Below are positions 53,333 through 64,000 of a stretch of DNA of 64,000 nt, in pieces. Numbering within the stretch: position 1 is the stretch's first letter; each line of letters begins with the position of its first letter. The translations under genes and the position numbers were made by a program. The DNA is taken from assembly GCF_006345805.1 (NCBI RefSeq), contig NC_043019.1, positions 31,743,360 to 31,807,359 on the forward strand, in the 5' to 3' direction. The notes under the pieces were generated by a model, which saw nothing but the letters and a program-made list of their open reading frames with translations, made no database searches and was not told the DNA's origin. This DNA comes from Octopus sinensis. Taxonomy: Eukaryota.

Positions 53333-54158
53333 TCCTAGAGAGAGGGGCATGGATTAGTGGTTTGGATGCTGGATTCATGATCATCAGGTTGTAATTTCAA
53401 TTCCTGGAATGGACAATGCATTGTGTTCTTGTGTTCAGATGGTGCTTTTTTATGTGCCACTGGCACAGGAGCTAGTGAGGGGTTACTGGCATCAACCACA
53501 TTCGGATGGTGCTTTTTACATGTCACTGGCACAGGAGCCAGTCAGGGGGTACTGGCAATAGTCACAATCATTTGGTGCTTTTTACGTGCCACCGGCATGG
53601 GAGTCAGTCAGGCAGACCTGGCATTGACCACATTCAGATGGTGCTTTTTATGTGCTACCGGCATGGGAGTACTGGCATTGGCCACATTCAGATGGTGCTT
53701 TTTACATGTCACCAGCACAGGGAGCCAGTCAGGAGCACCAGCCCCAGCTACAATATTGGTTTTACTTGACTCAAAAGGTCTTCTCAAGCAGATTATATCA
53801 CCCGATATGTCTCAACTTATGTCTGTATTTGGTTCCAAGACGTCTGACTTTACTTGAAAAATGACGTAATAAGAAAAAAACATTTTCAAAAATTTATTAG
53901 CTCATATCTGTTTCAATAAATAATTTGTACACATTTTCACTTGTATTTTATTTAATTCTCCACTTCAGTTTTAGTTTTTAGATGCTTTTTTTCTTTGTTT
54001 TTATTTTTATGCTTTTGAATATAATTGCTGAGACCAACATAAAGTTGGTTAAATCAAGTGAAGTTGATTAAATTCCTTAAAAATATGCATAAAGTTGAAA
54101 AAGATGTAACTAAAAAAACAAGATTAAGTTGAACTATGCCTGTGTGTATGTGTGTGTG

Positions 54159-54192
<34 letters not shown>

Positions 54193-54312
54193 CATTTATG
54201 TGTGTGTATGTATATGTATAGGCATGTATGTCTGTATATGTGTGTGTGTATATATATGTGTGTATATGTGTGTGTGTTTATGCAATTATGTTTGTGTGTG
54301 TGTATATATATA

Positions 54313-54351
<39 letters not shown>

Positions 54352-56002
54352 TCATTTATGTGTGTGTGTGTGTATATGTATAGGCATGTATGTATGTATA
54401 TGTGTGTGTATATATATGTGTGTATATGTGTGTGTGTTTATGCAATTATGTTTGTGTGTGTGTGAGTGTAGTGGCCAAGTAGTTAAGGTGTTGCACTCAT
54501 GATTTAGCAATCTTGATGTCAATTCCTAGACTGGGTGGTACATTGTGTTCTTGAGCAAAACACTTCATCCCACATGGCTCTGCCATCACTTCGACACCTG
54601 ATGCATGGTACACAGTGCACCCGTTTAGACAACATCGATTTGATGGAAAGAGTGAGCCAATGTGTGGCATGAGCATTTGGTTACCATAAACAAATTATTT
54701 GTACAAATCGTTTGGCAAAAATGCTCATACATTGTCTTCAATGGGAGAGTCCATCATATCTATATATTTATAAATATGAAATATTTTATAATTAAGGAGT
54801 GGCTGTGTGGTAAGTTGCTTGCTTACCAACCACATGGTTCTGGTTTCAGTCCCAATGCGTGGCACCTTGGGCAAGTGTCTTCTACTATAGCCTCGGGCCA
54901 ACCAAAGCCTTGTGAGTGGATTTGGCAGGCGGAAACTGAAAGAAGCCCGTCGTATATATGTATATATGTGTGTGTGTGTGCGTGTGTGTTTGTGTGTCTG
55001 TGTTTGTCCCCCTAGCATTGCTTGACATCCGATGCTGGTGTGTTTATGTCCCCGTCACTTAGCAGTTCGGCAAAAGAGACCTATAGAATAAGTACTGGGC
55101 TTACAAAGAATAAGTCCTGGGGTCGAGTTGCTCGATTAAAGGTGGTGCTCCAGCATGGCTGCAGTCAAATGACTGAAACAAATAAAAGAATAAAAGAGTA
55201 AAAAGAGTATATACATAAATATAATTATAATCAGGGGTCAGCTAATTGCTTCGCCACATACCGAAATAAGAAATAGAAGCTGATGCCGTTTCAACTACCA
55301 TAAGTATCTCTGAGACAATAATACACTTTTTTATGTAGGCAAAAAGAAAAATGGTGAATCCACACATGTTATTGTCTCGGAGATACTTATGGTAGTTGAA
55401 ATAGCATTAGCTTCTGTTTCTAATTTCAGTATATGGTGAAGCAATTAGCTGACCCATGATTATAATTACATTTATGTATATAATTATAGACTATTTTGTA
55501 TAATTCACCTATAAAGGTTATTTTAATGTACTGACTACTTGGTAAAATTATTAATTATTGATCAATTAATTAATTGATTAATTAATAAATTAATCTTACC
55601 CTATATTATTATTATTTATATATATATATATGTGTATTTTTATGAATATGTGGACTAAGTGGAGCAGGAGGATACATGTGGATAGAAAGCGGACGTTAAA
55701 CAATGATGATGATATAGATATATCTTTTATCTTTTACCTGTTTCAGTTATTAGACTGCGTCCATGCTGGGGCACCGCCTTGAAGAATTTTTAATCAAATG
55801 AATTGACCCCAGTACTTATTTTTTTAAGCCTGGTACTTATTCTATCAGGCTCTCTTGCCGAACTGCTAAGTTACGGAGACATAACCACACCAGCACCAGT
55901 TGTCAAGTGGTGATGAGGTGGACAAACAGACACGCACAAACATAGATATATATACACACATATATATACATATATATATATTATATACATACATATTTAT
56001 AC

Positions 56003-56059
<57 letters not shown>

Positions 56060-57543
56060 TATATACAACAGGCTCCTTTCAGTTTCTAACTACCGAATCC
56101 ACTCTCAAGGCATTTGTTGGCCCAAGGCTATAGTAGAAGGCACTCGCCCAAGGTGTCACACAATGGGACTGAACCTAGAACCACAAGGTTGGCAAGCAAG
56201 CTTCTTACCACATGCATATGTGCAAGTACATGTGTGTGCGTGTGTATGAGTGTGTATACCTTAAAAATTCTTAGTATACCCTTTTATATATAGTATACCA
56301 TCCCTTACCACTTTTTTTCTTTTTTTTTCCACACTTTATGTTTTGTGTTCTTTCTCTGTAAAACCCTGAGTGTAAGTTTCGTGTGTGTTTTGTATCTTTC
56401 CGAGCCCTTGTGGTTAAGAGCGAAAAGACCGTCATCATCATCATTATCTTTAGCATCATCGTTATCATCATCACCACCACCACCACCACCCATTAGAAAT
56501 CTGCAAAAAAAAAAGCACAAAAACAAAAAAAAATACAAAAATGGATAAAGAAACCAAAAATTCCAATTAACTACATAATTTACACACTTGTTATTTTATA
56601 GCTTTCAAAATATTTGACGCAAAGTTGCTTGCAGCTAATGAATAAGACTGAAATTTAATTAGTCAGCGAAAAATGAATAAATACATAAACAAATAAATAA
56701 ATAGATGGATAAATAAATAAATAAATAAACAAAAAAAAAAGTTGTTTTCAAAGTTAGCTATTTAATGAGTTTGTCTGGGAAAGCAAGACATCACCACCCA
56801 TTGCCTGTGGTGGCGATTTGGTCGGTGCTGTCACAGAGATCTAAAGAAAGGTCTTAAACATTGACTGATATCAGAGGCGGTAATGCAGGGTTGTGGAGAC
56901 ACGTGGCTTAGTGGTTAAGGGTGTTGGACTCATGACCGTGAGATTTTGGTTTCGATTCCTGTACCGGGTGACACATTGTGTTCTTGAATAAAACACTTCA
57001 TTTCATATTACCCCAGTCCACTCAGCTGGCAAATATGAGTCATCCTGCGGGGGACTGGCGTCCTGTCCAGGTGGGGTAATTTATACACCATGGAAACTGG
57101 GAAACCAGCCCTACTGAGTCTCCATGACTCAGGAGGGATCTTTATCTCCTTTTTTTTAATGCAGGGTTTAAGAACTGGAGGTTTTTCTTTGTTTGTGTTA
57201 TGTCGCACGTTCGGATGACTGCTATTCAGCTCCTTTCCACTACTCTACTCTGACTTCGACGTCTAGGCTTCTCCCTCTATATCTACATATTGGGCTAGCC
57301 TACTTCATCGTCTGGGGGTGTCGACATAACAATTTGTTTTATTATAGGGTTGGCCATGGCCATCTAGTTAAGAAGGTCACTTTGCAGCCACATGGTTTCG
57401 GGTTCAGTCCTACTGCACAACATCTTTGGAAAGCATCTTTTATTATAGCTCCGGACTGATCAATGCCTTAAGTTTGGTAGACAGAAACTGTGAAGATGCT
57501 CATTGCGTATGAGTGTTTGTATAAATATATATATATAATATAT

Positions 57544-57653
<110 letters not shown>

Positions 57654-59310
57654 CCAATATAAAGAAAACAGGTTCCTCTTATAAGGATGAAACATTCAAT
57701 TTATCACTGGCTTTACTGTTTAATACCCAATTTATTAAAGAAAAACTTTACAATTCACATGTGTATATATTAAATTTATAAAAATGGAAAGTAAATGGAG
57801 AAAAGCAATTGTCAATTCAAAAATTAAAATTTCTTAACATAATATTATATTATATTATATTTATATAATAATATAATACAATAAATACAAATTACATGCA
57901 ATTTTTTCAATTCTTACCCATAATAAAATTATAAAAATCCATGTTTGTAAGAATCTCTTCAGTATAATGTTTGATATATGAGGAGTGACAGAACAATATA
58001 AGCCCTTGATGGAAAAAACTAGATTTTTCTGTCAAGAGGGCTTATATGCCGATTGTTAGATTGTTTTCTTTAGTCATTGTGCAGTGATCGCTTATAAGCT
58101 TTAAGCTTATAAAATGCTGTTATTATTATTTACAGAACTGTAAAATAGACACTGCTTACCAAAAGCCATTGCAGAATATATATGTATGGGGTGTGAGATT
58201 GAGTCAGGATGACACTTCAGATTTGCTTTAATATTATTATTACTATTGTTGCTGTTGTTATTTAAATCAATTTTAACACAATTCTTTGATGCCAGTGCCC
58301 ACTGACTGGCTCCTGTGCCCATGGCACGTAAAAAGCACCATCCGACTGTGGTCAATGCCAAGTTCAACTGACTGGCTCCCGTGCTGGTGGCATGTAAATA
58401 GCACCATCCAAACATGATCGATGCCAGTGCCACCTGACTGGCTCCCATGCCTGTGGCATATAAAAAGCACCATCCAAATGTGATCGATGCTAGTGCCACC
58501 TGACTGGCTCCCATGCCTGTGGCACGTAAAAAGCATCATTCAAATGTGGTTGACGCCAGTGCCACCTGAGTGGCTTCCATGTCAGCGGCATGTAAAAAGC
58601 ACCCACTACACTTTATCGTTACTGTTGTTTTAACATCCTCCTTTCCATGCTTGCATGGGTCGGACAGAGCTTATTGAGGTAGGTTTTCTGTGGTTGGATG
58701 CCCTTCTTGTCACTAACACTCACCAATTTCCAAACAAAGTAAATATCCCCCAGCCCCCAGGGGGCAGAAATGTCATTGTAGAATATTAGAAATAGATGAC
58801 ATTCATTTACAGGATTCACACAATGCCAGAACTAGAAGACACAAACACTCTCACATTCACACCACACATATATGTATACATACATGCATATATACATACA
58901 TACATACATGCATACATACATACATACATACACACACATGTATGTGTGTGTGTATGTATATATATATATATATATGTTTTCATCCAAAATGGAGACAAAC
59001 ACCATTTGTCCATGTGATCAGCTTGAAAAAGTGTTAAAATATTTTCCTTAACATGAAACCAATGGTAGCCTTAATACACACACTAAAACAAGAGCAATAA
59101 TAAAACTGAAGTGAAGAATGAATATATAGTGAGTGTGTTCATTTGGCGAGAAAGACAAAAAGGCTGTGTGGTAAGAAGCTTGCTTCGCAACCACATGGTT
59201 CTGGGTTCAGTTCCACTGTGTGGCACCATGGACAAGTGTCTTCTACTATCGCATGAGCTGACCAAAGCCTTGTGAGAGGATTTGGTAGATGGAAACTGAA
59301 AGATGCTCAT

Positions 59311-59346
<36 letters not shown>

Positions 59347-60420
59347 ATGTATGTGTATTGTACCCCCTCCCATCGCTTGACAACTGATACTGGTGTGTTT
59401 ACATCTCCATAACTTAGTGGTTTGGCTAAAGAGACCGATAGAATAAGTACTAGGCTTACAAAAGAATAAGTCCTGGGGTCGATTTTTTTGACTGAAGGCA
59501 GCATCCCAGCATGACCACAGTAAGATGACTGAAACAAATAAAAGAATAAAATAATAAACGAAAATCTCAAAATATGATAATATATATATTTATATATACT
59601 ATGCTCCATTGTAATGTGTATATTGTGTGTTTTGATTTTTAAGTTGCCAGATATACTCAGCCAGTGTCTAAATTCTACTGGTCCTGACCCCTAGCATCAT
59701 ACCCCTTCCCCCAATCACTTTTACTATCTCTGTAGGATGACCATAACTTGAACCCAATTGGTTGCTTAAACTACAATCATTCCTTGACATCTACAAGTAT
59801 TTTTACGACTAACTCTAAGGAAATATCAAACACTAATATATCTATCACTGCTAATACTACTACTACTACTACTACTACTGGAGGAACCCCTTGCAACTAC
59901 AACTTGTAATTGTAAAAATACAGTCAAGTGCCCTTTGAAAGGAAATTGTTTCTCAAAACTTATCATTTATAGGTGTCAAGTGATTACCAGTGCAACTCAA
60001 TGAGAATAAGTAGGCACTATGGCCAACAGATTTAAGAAGCACTTTTACATGCATGCCCACTCTTCTTCACTGGCTGAGTACATCTGGCAACTTAAAAAAA
60101 TATATATGTATATATTATATATATATATAATTTAGAGAAAATCCTCTATTAAACAATTCAATAAAGAAAGATGTTATTCACACTATATAGAAAACATATA
60201 CTATAAAAACCTTATTCTAAAAATCAATAAAGTACAATAAATAGTAAATAGTTTTTATAGTATATGTTTTCTATATGGTGTGAATAACATCTTTTATTAT
60301 TGAATTGTTTAATAGAGGTTTTTCTCTAAATTATATATATATATATTATATATTGTGAAATTTTATTTAAAATTGTTAAATTGAATTTTTCCCTGTAAGT
60401 TTTGGAATTATATTCCCTAC

Positions 60421-60463
<43 letters not shown>

Positions 60464-60487
60464 GTTATTATTATTATTATATTATTA

Positions 60488-60567
<80 letters not shown>

Positions 60568-61940
60568 TAATAATAATAATATATAATGGGCTTCTTTCAA
60601 TTTCTGACTTTCCAAATCCATGATGATATCAATATTCGTTATAATCATCAGCAAATCTAGTGGCAATAAGCTAATCTGGAGGCTACAACATCATCATTTC
60701 ACTTCACCTGCTAAAAATAGTAGCTAAATTCCCATCAAAGTACACCTTGCAGTTTTATAAAAGGAGGACACATTGAATAATGCCTGGGAAATGAATGGGA
60801 TGGTCATTGCTGGAATATCATATGTAGGCTACATCTGGGATGACGTAGGAGTGAGATAAACACCAACATTTATTTCTTTATTGCCCACAGGGGTGGGGGG
60901 CTAAATGTAGAGGGGACAAACAAGGACAGATAATGGGATTAAGTCAATTACATTGACCCCAGTGTGTAACTGGTACTTATTTAATTGACCTCAAAAGGAT
61001 GAAAAGTTAAGTCAACCTCAGTGGAATTTGAACTCTGAAAGTAGAGGCAGATGAAATACCACAAAGCAGTTCACCTGGTGTGCTAACAATTCTGCCAGCT
61101 CGCTGCCTTAAAGACCATTATTAATAATCCTTTCTATTATAGACACAAGAATTGAAATTTGTGGGAAGGGAGAAAGCTGAAGGGATGAAGGACAAAGTTG
61201 ACCTCAGCAGAATTTGAACTCAGAACGCAAAGATGGGTGAAATGCTGCTAAACATTTTTCTTGGTGTGCTAACGGTTCTGCCAGCTCGCTGCCTTAAAAT
61301 CAACAGTAGTGATACCTCTAGAGAAAGTGCAGGCCAGGTGTGTTTACCCTAATGCCAGCACCTGAGAAGTTCTCTCAAGAAGTTCTCTGAATATTTTTCA
61401 TTCCCTTGATGTCAAATTAAGTCTCTCCAAGCTTGATATATGATCATAACAGAAAGCATTCAGTTATTTAAATCTCCTCCATAAAGATATTCTGCTGTAT
61501 TTAAAAGATTAATTCTAATTTAAATATGTAATTCGATTCTGTTTTTTACTTTGTTTTTCGCAAGTAAATTTTTAAAGGCTTAAAAGTAATATTCTAAACT
61601 TTTAGATAAATAGATAGATGGATGGTATGGTTTAGTTGATGGATGGGTTGATGGGCAGGCTGGCTTTTTCCCCCCTCTATTTACATTTTAGATCATCATC
61701 ATCATCATTGCTTTTTTATGTCTGCTTGTCCATGCTCACATTGGTTGGACAAAATTGTTGGGATGGATTTTATATGGCTGGATACCCTTCCTGCCACCAA
61801 CCTTTACTTGTCTCCAAGTAAGGTAATATTTCCTCATAACAGGCTATGTTTTTATAGAAAATTAGGAACGAAGGACACCTTGACGTGTAATATGATCTCA
61901 AGGCAAAGAGACAGTAGCACATATGGTCACAAAATATATA

Positions 61941-62337
61941 TCTTTATATATAAAAGTAAGGTTGTGTGTCTGTCTCCTACGATTTAGATTCCTAACTACT
62001 CCCACATTTTGCGGTGCAGTTTAACCAAAACCGGGTATCTTATAGTCGTGATTCATATCGAGCCCTTCTGGTTATTAGCGCACATATACGATGAGTCTAC
62101 GATTTTTAAAATAATTTACCATCATTTTTTTCCATTTTAATGCATTTTTTCGCTATTATATAAGGGAAGTAACTCTCTAAAAATGTCTACGATGAGTCAA
62201 CGATTTAAAAAAAAATTTACCATAATTTTTTTTCCATTCTTAATGCATTTTTTTGCTATCTTTTGGCTATAACTCTCTAAAAATGCTTTATAGTTATTTC
62301 TCTTACAAACCCGAGCAACGCCAGGCGATACTGCTAG
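61941..62337 (+). mobile_element. Non-autonomous Helitron-like element
   Basis: Ends A|TC...CTAG|T, subterminal CCCGAGCAACGCCAGG, no target-site duplication. Confidence 0.8.
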
Positions 62338-63505
62338 TACATGATAAAATTAAATTAACCCCATCACACCATATTCCCTGTATAGCGGAAATAACCTAAA
62401 CATAATCTCTACCAGATTCATGTTAAATTAATGAAATTATAGGTGCAGGAGTGGCTGTGTGGTAAGTAGCTTGCTTACCAACCACATTGTTCTCGGTTCA
62501 GTCCCACTGTGTGGCACCTTGGGCATGTGTCTTCTACTATAGCCTCAGGCCAACCAAAGCTTTGTGAGTGGATTTGGTAGACATCATCATCATCATCATC
62601 ATCGTTTAGCGTCCGTTTTCCATGCTAGCATGGGTTGGAAACTGAAAAGAAGCCCGTTGTCATCATCATCATCACCGTTTAGCATCCGCTTTCCATGCTA
62701 GCATGGGTTGCACATGGGTTGTATATATGTATATGTATATATATGTGTGTCTGTGTGTTTGTCTCCCCAACATCGCTTGACAACCGATGCTGGTGTGTTT
62801 ACGTCCCCATAAGTTAGCAGTTTGGCAAAAGAGACCAATAGAATAAGGCTTACAAAGAGTAAGTCCTGGGGTAGAGTTGCTCGACTAAAGATGGTACTCC
62901 AGCATGGCCACAGTCAAATGACTGTAACAAGTAAAAGAGTAACACATAGGAAAAGAAGATAAAATACTGAAAATAGACAATTGATCATGTTGCAGCTTTG
63001 TAGTCAAGTGTGTTTATGACTCATTGTTAATGACCTCCCCCATAGCTGTTTACTTTTGTTTTTAATTGAAAAACGAATTTTTGTGATGAAATGAGCTTGT
63101 GATGAACCTAGCATTTCATCTGGTAAACAAACAAAGCCTAGACTCTTTACAGTTGAGGAAATTATTGATGATATTTATTCTTCAGACAAAGAGTGTACAC
63201 TTACACAGGCAACAAGAGTAATGTAGACAGTCAAATTAGTGAAAGAGATGAGGAAATTAACAATTCGGCTGGACAAATATAGTAGTTGACAGATCTATGT
63301 TGTTATTCTCTCTTTACTCGTTTCACTCATTTGACTGCAGCCATGCTGGAGCACCGCCTTTAATCGAGCAACTCGACCCCGGAACTTATTCTTTTTGTAA
63401 GCCCAGTACTTATTCTATCGGTCTCCTTTGCCGAACCGCTAAGTAACGGGGACATAAACACACCAGCATCGGTTGTCAAGCAATGCTAGGGGGACAAACA
63501 CAGAC

Positions 63506-63537
<32 letters not shown>

Positions 63538-64000
63538 TCATATATACGACAGGCTTCTTTCAGTTTCCGTCTACCAAATCCACAAACAAGACATTGGTCG
63601 GCCTGGGGCTATAGCAGAAGACACTTGCCCAAGATGCCACGCAGTGGGACTGAACCCGGAACCATGTGGTTGGTTAGCAAGCTACTTACTACACAGCCAC
63701 TCCTGCGCCTGAATTTGTTTGTACTTCTGTCCATTAATGAGAGAAAGACTTATTCTTATTATTCGCCTAAACATTTTTTTCTTGTGTTTCTGTCAAATGT
63801 GTGGCTCTTCTCACATAGCAAGTACCCTGCCACGTTCTGGGAACATATCTGCACATAGAAGCAGCAGACTTGTATAGGATTGCAGTGTTGGTTCCAGTCT
63901 CTGCCTTCTCAGGCATCTTTTCAGCTCCCTCTGCCATCATGGGCTTCCTTGCTGGGGTGCTACCTTTGGCTATGATTGTCAGCTTCCCCATATAGTCACT

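Noticed and set aside
53432-53760. Regular repeats of about 60 bp that could be mistaken for a CRISPR-like array (also at 42190-42390 and 58290-58600)
   Set aside because: They are whole-unit tandem repeats inside SINE family C with no unique spacers, in a eukaryotic context.
57996-58047. 52-nt imperfect hairpin (ATATAAGCCCT...AGGGCTTATAT)
   Set aside because: Short and AT-rich, with no evidence that it is a pre-miRNA.
63100-63225. Short frame RLFTVEEIIDDIYSSDKE resembling a piggyBac transposase N-terminus
   Set aside because: Only about 40 codons with no catalytic motifs or TIR pair, so it cannot be supported.
63767-63991. 74-aa minus-strand ORF at the window edge
   Set aside because: No recognisable motif, and it is truncated by the window. 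It is not the next otoferlin exon (wrong strand).

Overview
AT-rich eukaryotic genomic DNA packed with microsatellites and SINEs. The repeat families look like those of Octopus or another coleoid cephalopod (inference). The window holds five internal + strand exons of an otoferlin-like (type II ferlin) gene: 13346-13469, 14999-15192, 40046-40180, 43220-43363 and 51220-51347. All have AG/GT boundaries and compatible phases, and together they encode the linker before C2E and the first half of C2E. The flanking exons were not found in the window. The introns contain tRNA-derived SINEs, RTE LINE fragments, mariner and maT remnants, hAT and pogo-like MITEs, non-autonomous Helitrons, foldbacks, and a tRNA-Gly pseudogene decayed at CpG sites. 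The main unexpected signal is about ten hammerhead ribozyme (HHR) motifs from several short repeat families: CUGANGA, stem II, GAAA, a palindromic stem III, an NUH site and stem I. They occur as solo copies, tandem pairs and inverted arms, the layout known from Penelope-like element pLTRs and retrozymes. In one pair each copy carries a different inactivating change, yet the two could rebuild one complete active site in the pre-mRNA. Almost all ORFs in the supplied track are microsatellite or SINE artefacts. All ribozyme calls were folded by eye and are untested.
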